64,000 nucleotides of DNA from Escherichia phage 235Ecol030PP. Below the pieces are notes generated by a model that searched no databases, had not been told where the DNA came from, and saw only the letters and a program-made list of their open reading frames with translations. The translations under genes and the position numbers were made by a program. Of this stretch, positions 53,201-64,000 are shown in pieces; positions within the stretch are counted from its first letter, which is position 1, and every line of letters begins with the position of its first letter. The stretch is taken from sequence record PP355091.1. One strand, 5' to 3'.

Positions 53201-56200
53201 ATGGCCGAGATTAAAAGAAAGTTCAGAGCAGAAGATGGTCTGGACGCAGGTGGCGATAAAATAATCAACGTAGCTTTAGCTGATCGTACCGTAGGAACTG
53301 ACGGTGTTAACGTTGATTACTTAATTCAAGAAAACACAGTTCAACAATATGATCCAACTCGTGGATATTTAAAAGATTTTGTAATCATTTATAATAATCG
53401 TTTTTGGGCAGCAACGGATGATATTCCAAAACCTGCTGGAAATTTTAATAGAATTCGTTGGAAAGCATTACGTACTGATGCTGTATATACAACCGTATCA
53501 TCTGGACCATATCAATTAAAATCCGGAGAAGCAATTTCAGTAGATACATCAGTTGGCAATGACATTGAGTTTACTTTACCACCTTCTCCGCTTGATGGAG
53601 AAACCGTAATAATTCAAGATATCGGTGGAAAACCTGGCATAAATCAGGTTAAAATAAATTCTTCAAATCAGAGTATTGTCAATTTTAGAGGTGAACAGGT
53701 ACGTTCAGTTTTAATGACTCATCCAAAGTCACAGATGGTATTCATTTTTAATAATCGTTTGTGGCAAATGTATGTTGCTGATTATAGCAGAGAAGCTGCG
53801 ATTGTTACTCCATCGACTGCATATCAAGCACAATCTAATGATTTTATCGTGCGTAGATTTACTTCCGCTGCGCCGATTAATGTTAAGCTTCCAAGATTTG
53901 CTAATCATGGCGATATTATTAATTTCGTCGATTTAGATAAATTAAATCCACTTTATCATACAATTGTCACGACATATGATGAAACGACGTCAGTGCAAGA
54001 AGTTGGAACTCATTCCATTGAAGGCCGTACAACGATTGACGGTTTCTTGATGTTTGATGATAATGAGAAATTGTGGAGATTGTTTGACGGGGATAGTAAA
54101 GCACGTTTACGTATTATAACAACTAATTCTAATATTCGTCCAAATGAAGAAGTCATGGTGTTTGGTGCGAATAATGGAACACCCCAAACAATTGAACTTC
54201 AGCTTCCGACTGATATTTCTGTTGGTGATACTGTCAAAATTTCCATGAATTACATGAGAAAAGGACAAACAGTTAAAATCAAAGCTGCAGGTGAAGATAA
54301 AATTGCTTCTTCAGTTCAATTGCTGCAATTCCCAAAACGTTCAGAATATCCGCCTGAAGCTGAATGGGTAAAAGTTCAAGAATTAGTTTTTAATGGTGAA
54401 ACTAATTATGTTCCAGTTTTGGAGCTTGCTTATATTGAAGATTCTGATGGAAAATATTGGGTTGTACAGCAAAACGTTCCAACTGTAGAAAGAGTAGATT
54501 CTTTAAATGATTCTACTAGAGCAAGATTAGGCGTAATTGCTTTAGCTACACAAGCTCAAGCTAATGTCGATTTAGAAAATTCTCCACAAAAAGAATTAGC
54601 AATTACTCCAGAAACGTTAGCTAATCGTACTGCTACTGAAACTCGTAGAGGTATTGCAAGAATAGCAACTACTGCTCAAGTGAATCAGAACACCACATTC
54701 TCTTTTGCTGATGATATTATCATTACTCCTAAAAAGCTGAATGAAAGAACTGCTACAGAAACTCGTAGAGGTGTTGCTGAAATTGCTACGCAGCAAGAAA
54801 CTAATGCAGGTACTGATGATACTACAATCATTACTCCTAAAAAGCTTCAAGCTCGTCAAGGTTCTGAATCATTATCTGGTATTGTAACTTTTGTATCTAC
54901 TGCAGGTGCTACTCCAGCTTCTAGTCGTGAATTAAATGGTACAAATGTTTATAATAAAAACACTAATAATTTAGTTGTTTCGCCTAAAGCTTTGGATCAG
55001 TATAAAGCTACGCCTACTCAACAGGGTGCAGTAATTTTAGCAGTTGAAAGTGAAGTAATTGCTGGACAAAGTCAGCAAGGATGGGCAAATGCTGTTGTAA
55101 CGCCAGAAACGTTACATAAAAAGACATCAACTGATGCAAGAATTGGTTTAATTGAAATTGCTACACAAAGTGAAGTTAATACAGGAACTGACTATACTCG
55201 TGCAGTCACTCCTAAAACTTTAAATGACCGTAGAGCAACTGAAAGTTTAAGTGGTATAGCTGAAATTGCTACACAAGTTGAATTCGACGCAGGCGTCGAC
55301 GATACTCGTATCTCTACACCATTAAAAATTAAAACTAGATTTAATAGTACTGATCGTACTTCTGTTGTTGCTCTATCTGGATTAGTTGAATCAGGAACTC
55401 TCTGGGACCATTATACCCTTAATATTCTTGAAGCAAATGAGACACAGCGTGGTACACTTCGTGTAGCTACACAAGTTGAAGCTGCTGCAGGAAAATTAGA
55501 TAATGTTTTAATAACTCCTAAAAAGCTTTTAGGTACTAAATCTACTGAAGCACAAGAAGGTGTTATTAAAGTTGCAACTCGGTCTGAAACTGTAACTGGA
55601 ACGTCAGCAAATACTGCTGTATCTCCAAAAAATTTAAAATGGATTGTGCAGAGTGAACCTACTTGGGCAGCTACTACTGCGATAAGAGGTTTTGTTAAAA
55701 CCTCATCTGGTTCAATTACGTTCGTTGGTAATGATACGGTAGGTTCAACACAGCCATTAGAATCATATGAGAAAAATGGTTATGCAGTATCACCATATGA
55801 ATTAAATCGCGTATTAGCAAATTATTTGCCATTAAAAGCAAAAGCTGTAGATAGTAATTTATTAGATGGTCTAGATTCGCTCCAGTTCATTCGTAGGGAC
55901 ATTGCACAAACAGTTAATGGTTCACTAACCTTAACCCAACAAACGAATCTGAGTGCCCCTCTTGTATCATCTAGTACTGCTGCATTCGGTGGATCAGTTT
56001 CAGCAAATAGTACATTAACTATTTCTAATACTGGAACGGCAACTCGTCTGATTTTTGAGAAAGGACCTCAAACTGGAACAAACCCAGCTCAAACGATGAC
56101 AGTCAGAGTGTGGGGAAATCAATTTAGTGGGGAATCAGACACAACACGTTCTACCGTATTTGAAGTTAGTGATGAAACGTCTAGTCATTTTTATTCTCAG

Positions 56201-57070
56201 CGTAATAAAGCTGGAAATATAACATTTAATATTAACGGTACAGTAACACCGATAAATGTTAATGCTTCAGGAACATTGAATGCAAATGGTGTAGCAACAT
56301 TTGGTAATTCAGTCACTGCAACTGGTGAAATTATTTCTCGAAGCGCAAATGCTTTCCGTGCTATTAACGGAAATTATGGATTCTTTATTCGTAACGCTGG
56401 TAATGACACCTATTTTATGCTCACTGCAGCCGGTGATCAGAGCGGTGGATTTAATGGATTACGCCCTTTAGCTATTAATAATCAGTCCGGTCAAGTAACG
56501 ATTGGTGAAAGCTTAATCATTGCAAAAGGTGCTACTATAAGTTCGGGTGGTTTGACTGTTAACTCGAGAATTCGTTCTCAGGGTACTAAAACCTCTGATT
56601 TATATACCCGTGCGCCAACATCTGATACTGTAGGATTCTGGTCAATTGATATTAACGATTCAGCCACTTATAATCAATTCCCTGGTTATTTTAAAATGGT
56701 TGAAAAAACTAATGAAGTGACTGGACTTCCATATTTAGAACGTGGTGAAGAAGTTAAATCTCCTGGTACATTGACTCAGTTTGGTAACACACTTGATTCT
56801 CTTTACCAAGATTGGATTACTTATCCAACAACTCCAGAAGCGCGTACAACTCGTTGGACGCGTACATGGCAGAAAACTAAAAATTCTTGGTCAAGTTTTG
56901 TTCAGGTATTTGATGGAGGTAACCCTCCTCAACCTTCGGATATAGGAGCAATCCCATCTGATAATGGAATAATAGGTAATCTTACTATTCGTGATTTCTT
57001 ACGAATTGGTAATGTTCGCATTATTCCTGACCCAGTGAATAAAACTGTTAAATTTGAATGGGTTGAATAA
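53201..57070 (+). CDS. 34: long tail fibre proximal subunit
   Basis: 1289 aa as T4 gp34; internal repeated motif TP(K/E)(K/T)L..R(T/A)ATE..G(I/V)AEIAT. Confidence 0.95.
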   Translation: MAEIKRKFRAEDGLDAGGDKIINVALADRTVGTDGVNVDYLIQENTVQQYDPTRGYLKDFVIIYNNRFWAATDDIPKPAGNFNRIRWKALRTDAVYTTVSSGPYQLKSGEAISVDTSVGNDIEFTLPPSPLDGETVIIQDIGGKPGINQVKINSSNQSIVNFRGEQVRSVLMTHPKSQMVFIFNNRLWQMYVADYSREAAIVTPSTAYQAQSNDFIVRRFTSAAPINVKLPRFANHGDIINFVDLDKLNPLYHTIVTTYDETTSVQEVGTHSIEGRTTIDGFLMFDDNEKLWRLFDGDSKARLRIITTNSNIRPNEEVMVFGANNGTPQTIELQLPTDISVGDTVKISMNYMRKGQTVKIKAAGEDKIASSVQLLQFPKRSEYPPEAEWVKVQELVFNGETNYVPVLELAYIEDSDGKYWVVQQNVPTVERVDSLNDSTRARLGVIALATQAQANVDLENSPQKELAITPETLANRTATETRRGIARIATTAQVNQNTTFSFADDIIITPKKLNERTATETRRGVAEIATQQETNAGTDDTTIITPKKLQARQGSESLSGIVTFVSTAGATPASSRELNGTNVYNKNTNNLVVSPKALDQYKATPTQQGAVILAVESEVIAGQSQQGWANAVVTPETLHKKTSTDARIGLIEIATQSEVNTGTDYTRAVTPKTLNDRRATESLSGIAEIATQVEFDAGVDDTRISTPLKIKTRFNSTDRTSVVALSGLVESGTLWDHYTLNILEANETQRGTLRVATQVEAAAGKLDNVLITPKKLLGTKSTEAQEGVIKVATRSETVTGTSANTAVSPKNLKWIVQSEPTWAATTAIRGFVKTSSGSITFVGNDTVGSTQPLESYEKNGYAVSPYELNRVLANYLPLKAKAVDSNLLDGLDSLQFIRRDIAQTVNGSLTLTQQTNLSAPLVSSSTAAFGGSVSANSTLTISNTGTATRLIFEKGPQTGTNPAQTMTVRVWGNQFSGESDTTRSTVFEVSDETSSHFYSQRNKAGNITFNINGTVTPINVNASGTLNANGVATFGNSVTATGEIISRSANAFRAINGNYGFFIRNAGNDTYFMLTAAGDQSGGFNGLRPLAINNQSGQVTIGESLIIAKGATISSGGLTVNSRIRSQGTKTSDLYTRAPTSDTVGFWSIDINDSATYNQFPGYFKMVEKTNEVTGLPYLERGEEVKSPGTLTQFGNTLDSLYQDWITYPTTPEARTTRWTRTWQKTKNSWSSFVQVFDGGNPPQPSDIGAIPSDNGIIGNLTIRDFLRIGNVRIIPDPVNKTVKFEWVE

Positions 57071-57078
57071 GAGGTATT

Positions 57079-58194
57079 ATGGAAAAATTTATGGCAGAGT
57101 TTGGACAAGGATATGTCCAAACGCCATTTTTATCGGAAAGCAATTCAGTAAGATATAAAATAAGCATAGCGGGTTCTTGCCCGCTTTCTACAGCAGGTCC
57201 ATATGTTAAATTTCAGGATAATCCTGTCGGAAGTCAAACATTTAGTGCAGGTCTTCATTTAAGAGTTTTTGATCCTTCTACGGGAGCATTAGTTGATAGT
57301 AAGTCATATGCTTTTTCTACTTCAAACAATACAACATCTGCCGCTTTTGTCAGTTTCATGAATTCTTTGTCAAACAATAGACTTGTTGCTATATTAACTA
57401 GCGGAAAGGTTAATTTTCCTCCTGAAGTGGTATCTTGGTTAAGGGGAGCAGGAACTTCAGTTTTTCCATCAGATTCAGTATTGTCAAGATTTGACGTGTC
57501 ATATGCTGCTTTTTATACTTCTTCTAAAAGAGCTATTGCATTAGAGCATGTTAAACTAAGTAATAGAAAAAGCACAGATGATTATCAAACTATTTTAGAT
57601 GTTGTATTTGATAGTTTAGAAGACGTCGGAGCTACGGGATTTCCTAAAAGAACATATGAAAGTGTCGAGCAATTTATGTCTGCGGTTGGAGGAACTAATA
57701 ATGAAATTGCGCGATTGCCAACTTCAGCTGCGATAAGTAAATTATCTGATTATAATTTAATTCCTGGAGATGTTCTTTATCTTAAAACACAGCTATACGC
57801 CGATGCCGATTTACTTGCTCTTGGAACTACAAATATATCTATCCGTTTTTATAATGAATCGAATGGATATATTTCCTCGACACAAGCTGAATTTACCGGG
57901 CAAGCTGGGTCATGGGAATTAAAGGAAGATTATGTAGTTGTTCCTGAAAATGCAGTAGGATTTACGATATATGCACAAAGAACTGTCCAAGCAGGTCAAG
58001 GCGGCATGAGAAATTTAAGCTTTTCTGAAGTATCAAGAAATGGCGGCATTTCAAAACCTGCAGAATTTGGCGTCAACGGTATTCGCGTTAATTATGTCTG
58101 CGAATCGGCTTCACCTCCAGATATAATGGTACTTCCTACACAAGCCTCTTCTAAAACTGGCAAAGTGTTTGGGCAAGAATTTAGAGAAGTTTAA
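57079..58194 (+). CDS. 35: long tail fibre hinge protein
   Basis: 371 aa; synteny. Confidence 0.9.
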   Translation: MEKFMAEFGQGYVQTPFLSESNSVRYKISIAGSCPLSTAGPYVKFQDNPVGSQTFSAGLHLRVFDPSTGALVDSKSYAFSTSNNTTSAAFVSFMNSLSNNRLVAILTSGKVNFPPEVVSWLRGAGTSVFPSDSVLSRFDVSYAAFYTSSKRAIALEHVKLSNRKSTDDYQTILDVVFDSLEDVGATGFPKRTYESVEQFMSAVGGTNNEIARLPTSAAISKLSDYNLIPGDVLYLKTQLYADADLLALGTTNISIRFYNESNGYISSTQAEFTGQAGSWELKEDYVVVPENAVGFTIYAQRTVQAGQGGMRNLSFSEVSRNGGISKPAEFGVNGIRVNYVCESASPPDIMVLPTQASSKTGKVFGQEFREV

Positions 58195-58199
58195 ACTGA

Positions 58200-58217
58200 G
58201 GGAGCCTTCGGGTTCCC
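58200..58217 (+). terminator. terminator after gene 35 (UUCG loop)
   Basis: GGGAGCC TTCG GGTTCCC (one G.U) then TTTTTC. Confidence 0.6.
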
Positions 58218-58225
58218 TTTTTCTT

Positions 58226-58233
58226 TATAAATA
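58226..58233 (+). promoter_or_regulatory. late promoter TATAAATA for gene 36
   Basis: Exact TATAAATA after hairpin, about 24 nt before ATG. Confidence 0.65.
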
Positions 58234-58256
58234 ATATTAAAATAAAGGGGCATACA

Positions 58257-58907
58257 ATGGCTGATTTAAAAGTAGGTTCAACTGTAGGTGGATCTGTCAT
58301 TTGGCATCAAGGAAATTTTCCATTGAATTCAGCCGGTGACGATGTACTCTACAAATCATTTAAAATATATTCAGAATATAATAAACCACAGGCAGCTGAT
58401 AACGATTTCGTTTCTAAAGCTAATGGTGGTACTTACGCCGGTCCAATTACTATTAATTACGGGGTAAATAGTTATCTTCAATTAAGTAATAATGAAACCC
58501 CTATTCGAATTCGTTCTGGTGGCGGTACCGGTAATACTCTTGTAGTTGGCGGCTCTTCCGGCGGTATTAGTTTTAGACCTGCAGGTAGTGAAATCACTAC
58601 TGGACAAATTACGATTACGCCAGAAGGTTTGACAACATTTACCAAAGCTGTAACGGCTCCATCTGTAACTGTTACATCTACTCCTTCCGCAGCATCTGAT
58701 GTTACTCGTAAAGATTATGTTGATGGAGCAATAAATACTGTTACGGCAAATGCGAATTCTAGAGTTTTGCGTAAAGGTGACACCATGACAGGTAATTTAA
58801 CAGCGCCAAACTTTTTCTCGCAGAATCCTGCATCTCAACCTTCACACGTTCCACGATTTGACCAAATCGTAATTAAGGATTCTGTTCAAGATTTCGGCTA
58901 TTATTAA
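58257..58907 (+). CDS. 36: long tail fibre distal connector
   Basis: 216 aa; late promoter 58226-58233. Confidence 0.9.
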   Translation: MADLKVGSTVGGSVIWHQGNFPLNSAGDDVLYKSFKIYSEYNKPQAADNDFVSKANGGTYAGPITINYGVNSYLQLSNNETPIRIRSGGGTGNTLVVGGSSGGISFRPAGSEITTGQITITPEGLTTFTKAVTAPSVTVTSTPSAASDVTRKDYVDGAINTVTANANSRVLRKGDTMTGNLTAPNFFSQNPASQPSHVPRFDQIVIKDSVQDFGYY

Positions 58908-58915
58908 GAGGACTT

Positions 58916-61885
58916 ATGGCTACTTTAAAACAAATACAATTTAAAAGAAGCAAAACTGCAGGTCAACGTCCTGCTGCTTCAGTATTAGCCGAAGGTGAAT
59001 TGGCTATAAACTTAAAAGATAAAACAATTTTCACAAAAGATGACTCAGGTAGTGTTATAGAATTAGGTTTAAAATATGGAGGAACAATTGATGGTTCTTT
59101 AACTGTTAATGGAAACATAATTGGAAATTTAACAGGTAACGCTGCAACCGCAACGAAATTAAAAACAGCACGAAAGATTAATGGTATATCTTTTGATGGG
59201 TCAAAGGACATTACCCTAACTCCATCTGACATAAATGTCAATAGCACAACATTTATAAAAAATAATGGCGAATTACCTACTGATGCTAATTTAGATACGT
59301 ATGGGCCCATTGAAGAATATCTTGGTGTTTGGTCGAAATCTACTTCAACAAATGCGCAACCAGCAAATAAATTCCCAGAAGAAAATGCCGTAGGTGTACT
59401 AGAAGTATTTGTGGCCGGCCAATTTGCTGGCACTCAGCGTTATACTGTTCGGTCTGGTAACGTTTATATCCGTTCTTTATCTGCGAAATGGAATGGCGTA
59501 GATGGTCCATGGGGTCCGTGGCGCAATATTCAAACTGGCACACGTCCACTATCAACTACACTAGACTTGAATACTTTAGGTGATGCTTCTCATTTTGGGT
59601 TATGGCGAAATAGTTCAAGTTCCATTGCATCATTTTCTCGAAATTACCCAGAAGAAGGTGGTCTCGCGCAAGGTCTTTTAGAAGTTTATGAAGGTGGTAA
59701 CTATTCTCGCACGCAACGTTATACTACCCGAATGGGTGTTGTATATGTTCGTTGTCTTGCTAGTGCATGGGATCCAGAAGCTCCGAATTGGGGACCGTGG
59801 CAACAAGTAGGTATGGTTACTCCAAACACATTCTATGACGGGGATCTTAATAATTTTCGTTCTCCTGGCTTGTATAACATTTTAGGGACTGATGCCGTTA
59901 TTAACCGTCCAGTTGCAGAAGGTGTTCCGGTTGAGATGACCGGATTGCTTGAGGTTAAACAGCGTGCTTCCGGTGGCGCTATTTTCCAACGTTTCACTAC
60001 CGCAGGAACGGGTGCAACTACGCGATCTCGCGTGTTTGAACGTGCAATGACAAATAATATCTGGGGAAATTGGTACGAAGTATATACGTCCTATTCTATG
60101 CCAATTACTTTGGGTATGGGTGGTATTAAAACTCAATTAGCGGAGCTAGATTGGCAAACATTTGATTTTGTTCCTGGTAGTATGTTTAGCGTTCCTTTGA
60201 ACAAAATAAAGAACATGCCAGCAAATATGAATTGGGGCACGATTGACGGAAACTTGATTATGTTTTCTGTCGGTCCTAGCGAACACACCAGCACAGGACG
60301 TACTGTTCAGGTTTGGCGTGGTACTGTATCCCAGACAAACTACCGTTATTTTGTCGTTCGTGTGTTCGGTAATTCTGGAAATAGAACTTGCACAGTTCGT
60401 CGTGTTGTTCTTGAAGATGGTCGCCACACATGGACAGCTCAACAAGATTTTAATGGTGCTGTTAACTTTGGTAGTTCAACAACGTTTAAATCAACTACAA
60501 CATTTAATACAGAAGTTAAATTCCGCTCATCTAATGCTTTCCGTATGACCGCTGGTAATTATGATGTTATTTGGCGTAATGATGGTGGCAGTTTTTATCT
60601 ACTTTCTACTGACGAGAATGATAAAGATGGGCAGTGGAACACCAATCGACCTATCACTTATGGATTGAGTTCTGGTACTCTTAACTTAGGTGGTAAAAGT
60701 AGCGGAAATGCTCTTGCATTAGAACGAGATTCGCTTGCCGCGCATTTTAGTGGTGATGTTAATATTAAAGTTGGTTATTTAACCTTTAATTCTGGGCGAT
60801 TAAATTCTCGCGATTACTTCCGGTTTAACCATTGGGGTGATAGCAATAACGCTCGTGATAACATTATTCAGTTAGAAGATAGCAAAGGCGCTCATTTTTC
60901 CACTGAACGTACTTTAGCGACTGGTGCAATTAAAACTAAATTCTTTGGTGAAGTTGAATCAACTGGTCGATTGACTATTAAACGTCCGGGTGATGCTATT
61001 GTATTATCGACTACAGCCAGCAACGCTTTGCATATTCGTGGTGACGTAGACGGGACTGGTAACTGGTATATTGGCAAGGGTGGTGCTGATAATGGATTAG
61101 CGTTCTATAGTTATGCTACTAATGCTGGTGTATACATTACAAACGGAGGGGATATCGCGCTAAGTCCAAAAGGCGTCGAAATGGCTCATGTCAATAACGT
61201 TCGATTCTATGTTCATGGTGAACGTTGGACCGCTAGTCAGCCAGGTGATTGGGGTAGTCAGTGGCAAGTGGAAGCGCCAATATTCGTCGATCATGGTTAT
61301 GTTTCACCTGATTGTTATTATCCAATTATTAAAGGAAGAAGTTTAATCACCAATCAAGGGTATAGCACCGCTGTTGACTTTGGTCTTCGTCGTGTCCCTA
61401 ACAATTGGGGACAAGCAATCATTCGCGTTGGATCTGCGGAGAACTCGCCAGCGGCTGGTCATCCTCAAGCTGTATTCGAGTTCCATCATGATGGTACTTT
61501 CTATTCTCCTGGTAATGGTAACTTTAACGATGTGTATATTCGTTCCGATGGTCGTCTTAAGATTAATAAAAAAGAGCTAGAAAACGGAGCACTTGAAAAA
61601 GTATGCCGACTGAAAGTTTATACATACGATAAGGTTAAGTCTATTAAAGACCGTAGTGTTATTAAACGTGAAGCTGGTATTATTGCTCAGGATCTTGAAA
61701 AAGAGCTACCAGAAGCTGTATCTAAAGTTGAAGTTGATGGATCTGATGTTCTGACAATTTCTAACTCGGCAGTGAATGCTCTTTTAATTAAGGCTATTCA
61801 GGAAATGAGTGAAGAAATTAAAGAATTGAAAACTCCTTTCTTTACTAAAATTGCTCGCAAAATTAGTAAATATTTTAAATTCTAA
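58916..61885 (+). CDS. 37: long tail fibre distal subunit with C-terminal chaperone/autoprotease-like domain
   Basis: 989 aa; begins [20 protein letters not shown]; C-terminal SDGRLK...[14 protein letters not shown] block. Confidence 0.92.
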   Translation: MATLKQIQFKRSKTAGQRPAASVLAEGELAINLKDKTIFTKDDSGSVIELGLKYGGTIDGSLTVNGNIIGNLTGNAATATKLKTARKINGISFDGSKDITLTPSDINVNSTTFIKNNGELPTDANLDTYGPIEEYLGVWSKSTSTNAQPANKFPEENAVGVLEVFVAGQFAGTQRYTVRSGNVYIRSLSAKWNGVDGPWGPWRNIQTGTRPLSTTLDLNTLGDASHFGLWRNSSSSIASFSRNYPEEGGLAQGLLEVYEGGNYSRTQRYTTRMGVVYVRCLASAWDPEAPNWGPWQQVGMVTPNTFYDGDLNNFRSPGLYNILGTDAVINRPVAEGVPVEMTGLLEVKQRASGGAIFQRFTTAGTGATTRSRVFERAMTNNIWGNWYEVYTSYSMPITLGMGGIKTQLAELDWQTFDFVPGSMFSVPLNKIKNMPANMNWGTIDGNLIMFSVGPSEHTSTGRTVQVWRGTVSQTNYRYFVVRVFGNSGNRTCTVRRVVLEDGRHTWTAQQDFNGAVNFGSSTTFKSTTTFNTEVKFRSSNAFRMTAGNYDVIWRNDGGSFYLLSTDENDKDGQWNTNRPITYGLSSGTLNLGGKSSGNALALERDSLAAHFSGDVNIKVGYLTFNSGRLNSRDYFRFNHWGDSNNARDNIIQLEDSKGAHFSTERTLATGAIKTKFFGEVESTGRLTIKRPGDAIVLSTTASNALHIRGDVDGTGNWYIGKGGADNGLAFYSYATNAGVYITNGGDIALSPKGVEMAHVNNVRFYVHGERWTASQPGDWGSQWQVEAPIFVDHGYVSPDCYYPIIKGRSLITNQGYSTAVDFGLRRVPNNWGQAIIRVGSAENSPAAGHPQAVFEFHHDGTFYSPGNGNFNDVYIRSDGRLKINKKELENGALEKVCRLKVYTYDKVKSIKDRSVIKREAGIIAQDLEKELPEAVSKVEVDGSDVLTISNSAVNALLIKAIQEMSEEIKELKTPFFTKIARKISKYFKF

Positions 61886-61891
61886 CAACAA

Positions 61892-61906
61892 GGGGGAAAT
61901 GCCCCC
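61892..61906 (+). other. G5/C5 stem-loop between genes 37 and 38
   Basis: GGGGG AAATG CCCCC then TTT. Confidence 0.45.
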
Positions 61907-61921
61907 TTTGGAGTATAAATT

Positions 61922-62719
61922 ATGGCAGTAGTTGGAGTTCCTGGCTGGATTGGAAGTTCAGCCGTAAATGAAACAGGACAGCGCTGGATGAGTCAAGCGG
62001 CTGGTCAATTAAGATTGGGTGTTCCTTGCTGGATGAGTCAATTTGCAGGTCGTTCACGAGAAATTATTCATACTGTAGGAGCAAACCACAATTTTAATGG
62101 TCAGTGGTTCCGAGATAGATGTTTTGAGGCAGGTAGTACACCTATTGTATTCAATATTGTTGGTGATATTGTTTCTTATTCTAAAGATGTTCCTTTATTC
62201 TTCATGTACGGGGATACACCAAATGAATATGTTCAGTTAAATATTATTGGCGCTCATATGTGGGGTAGAGGTGGACAAGGTGGATGGACTCATTCCGGTG
62301 GAGATGGTAATGGACAACAAGGCGGGCATTGTATTCAAAACGACATTGGTGGACGATTAAGAATTAACAATGGTGGAGTAATCTGTGGTGGCGGAGGCGG
62401 TGGTGGCGGCATTGCTTACCGTGTTCACTCAGGGGCAAACTGGCAAGATATTGGTGGTGGCGGCGGAAGACCATTTGGCCCAGGTGGTGGCGGTGGTTAC
62501 TCAGGTGGCGCAGCTTCATACGTCGCCCCAGGAGGTGGTTACCAATACGGAAATGCTCACTCTGGCCAGGGCGGCGATGCCGGAGGAAATGGACAAAATG
62601 CCTGGTCTGATGGTGGTAAAGTTCTAAAGGTTGGTGCAGGAGGAGCAGCAGGTTATGCTGTCATAGGATCTGCTCCAACTTGGCAAAATGTTGGAGTAAT
62701 ATATGGTCCAAGAGTATAA
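61922..62719 (+). CDS. 38: T2-type receptor-recognising adhesin with glycine-rich motifs
   Basis: 265 aa; begins [15 protein letters not shown]; poly-Gly blocks (GGGGGGGG, GGGGG) separating variable segments. Confidence 0.85.
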   Translation: MAVVGVPGWIGSSAVNETGQRWMSQAAGQLRLGVPCWMSQFAGRSREIIHTVGANHNFNGQWFRDRCFEAGSTPIVFNIVGDIVSYSKDVPLFFMYGDTPNEYVQLNIIGAHMWGRGGQGGWTHSGGDGNGQQGGHCIQNDIGGRLRINNGGVICGGGGGGGGIAYRVHSGANWQDIGGGGGRPFGPGGGGGYSGGAASYVAPGGGYQYGNAHSGQGGDAGGNGQNAWSDGGKVLKVGAGGAAGYAVIGSAPTWQNVGVIYGPRV

Positions 62720-62750
62720 TTTTGAATAAATACCCCTAAAAGGAGGGTCT

Positions 62751-63407
62751 ATGGCAGCACCTAGAATATCATTTTCGCCCTCTGATATTCTATTTGGTGT
62801 TCTAGATCGCTTGTTCAAAGATAACGCTACCGGGAAAGTTCTTGCTTCCCGGGTAGCTGTCGTAATTCTTTTGTTTATGATGGCGATTGTTTGGTATAGG
62901 GGAGATAGTTTCTTTGAGTACTATAAGCAATCAAAGTATGAAACATACAGTGAAATTATTGAAAAGGAAAGAAATGCACGCTTTGAATCTGTCGCCCTGG
63001 AACAACTCCAGATAGTTCACATATCATCTGAGGCAGACTTTAGTGCGGTGTATTCTTTCCGCCCTAAAAACTTAAACTATTTTGTTGATATTATAGCATA
63101 TGAAGGAAAATTACCTTCAACAATAAGTGAAAAATCACTTGGAGGATATCCTGTTGATAAAACTATGGATGAATATACAGTTCATTTAAATGGACGTCAT
63201 TATTATTCCGACTCAAAATTTGCTTTTTTACCAACTAAAAAGCCTACTCCCGAAATAAACTACATGTACAGTTGTCCATATTTTAATTTGGATAATATCT
63301 ATGCTGGAACGATAACCATGTACTGGTATAGAAATGATCATATAAGTAATGACCGCCTTGAATCAATATGTGCTCAGGCGGCCAGAATATTAGGAAGGGC
63401 TAAATAA
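62751..63407 (+). CDS. t: holin
   Basis: 218 aa as T4 T; N-terminal TM segment VAVVILLFMMAIVWY; follows gene 38. Confidence 0.9.
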   Translation: MAAPRISFSPSDILFGVLDRLFKDNATGKVLASRVAVVILLFMMAIVWYRGDSFFEYYKQSKYETYSEIIEKERNARFESVALEQLQIVHISSEADFSAVYSFRPKNLNYFVDIIAYEGKLPSTISEKSLGGYPVDKTMDEYTVHLNGRHYYSDSKFAFLPTKKPTPEINYMYSCPYFNLDNIYAGTITMYWYRNDHISNDRLESICAQAARILGRAK

Positions 63408-63680
63408 TTATTTGTTCGTATACATCTCTAGATATCGATATACACCCTCAAAACCCTCGTTGAATTCGTCGATGAGGGTTTTCTTATCTTCTTGAGTTAA
63501 TTCAGAAACAATTTTACGGAATGAATTCTGATTTAATTTTCTACCTTCATGCGTTACTCCAATCTCATTCAGAAATGCAATAAAATTAGAACGATTTTCA
63601 ACAATATCTTCTCTGGAAAATTTAATCAAAATAGACGCAACAGTAATAATTTCACGAACTGTATCAATGTTTTTATTCAT
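63408..63680 (-). CDS. asiA: anti-sigma-70 factor
   Basis: 90 aa, begins MNKNIDTVREIITVASILIKF; convergent with t. Confidence 0.9.
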   Translation of the reverse strand: MNKNIDTVREIITVASILIKFSREDIVENRSNFIAFLNEIGVTHEGRKLNQNSFRKIVSELTQEDKKTLIDEFNEGFEGVYRYLEMYTNK

Positions 63681-63693
63681 TAACTATACCACT

Positions 63694-63845
63694 CAATTAG
63701 TTGACTTTGTTATAATATCATCAGACGCTTGATTTGTAAACTGGTCTGTGTTATTTTCTTCAAAAATTTTTTCTACGAATTCCTTGAACGACTTACGTTC
63801 CTGAGCTACATTATGCTCGATTACCTTTTCAAGATTATGACTCAT
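63694..63845 (-). CDS. small 50-aa ORF (not in ORF track)
   Basis: ATG at 63845 overlaps stop of upstream ORF (ATGA); MSHNLEKVIEHNVAQERKSF... Confidence 0.3.
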
Positions 63846-64000
63846 TCGAAATAATCTTCAATTTCATAATCATGGACATAAATCATTATAGTTTTTAATA
63901 CATCATCAATACTTTTTCCTGGAGCTGGAATTACGTAAAAATACCCTGCTTTTGAGAGGTCTTTATAAGTTCCAATCAAGAAATCATTATTCTCAAGATG
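63842..64000 (-). CDS. 3' end of a CDS whose start lies beyond the window
   Basis: Minus-strand frame open from window edge to TGA at 63842-63844. Confidence 0.4.
   Translation of the reverse strand, partial: HLENNDFLIGTYKDLSKAGYFYVIPAPGKSIDDVLKTIMIYVHDYEIEDYFE

Noticed and set aside
61911-61918. TATAAATT resembling a late promoter just before gene 38
   Set aside because: 7 of 8 match and immediately abuts the ATG, leaving no leader or SD; gene 38 is more likely read through from upstream.

Overview
This window is a contiguous piece of a T4-like (T-even, Tequatrovirus-type) myovirus genome, running from the 3' end of gene 16 to just past asiA. All gene assignments are from reading the translated ORFs and signals against remembered phage T4 biology; no database search was run. 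Plus strand carries the late structural genes: terminase 16/17, tail sheath 18, tail tube 19, portal 20, prohead core 67/68/21/22, capsid 23/24, baseplate hub 51/27/28/29/48/54, long tail fibre 34-38, holin t, plus uvsW. Minus strand carries rnlB, hoc, inh, uvsY, 25/26, alt, DNA ligase 30, a run of small ORFs, rIII, 31, cd, pseT, alc, rnlA, denA, nrdB, nrdA, td, frd, 32, 59, 33, dsbA, rnh and asiA. Regulatory signals are dense: about 15 TATAAATA late promoters, six GTTTAC-type early promoters, one MotA-box middle promoter and many UUCG/GNRA hairpins. No tRNA, rRNA or CRISPR was seen. I found no wholly foreign inserted system; the most interesting points are differences from canonical T4: (1) the nrdB group I intron carries a full-length 269-aa HNH homing endonuclease (I-TevIII-like); (2) the td intron is only 319 nt and has no endonuclease ORF; (3) hoc has an extra tandem Ig-like domain (472 aa); (4) a 68-aa ORF sits exactly at the frd/td junction; (5) the adhesin is T2-type (glycine-rich gp38, gp37 with a C-terminal autoproteolytic chaperone domain); (6) a NADAR-like ORF lies in the ligase-proximal ORF cluster; (7) a 54-bp near-identical early promoter/leader repeat and a decayed duplicate of the alt 5' end. 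The ORF track often extends N-termini with TTG/GTG codons; I corrected starts where an ATG with a Shine-Dalgarno and T4 protein length agree.
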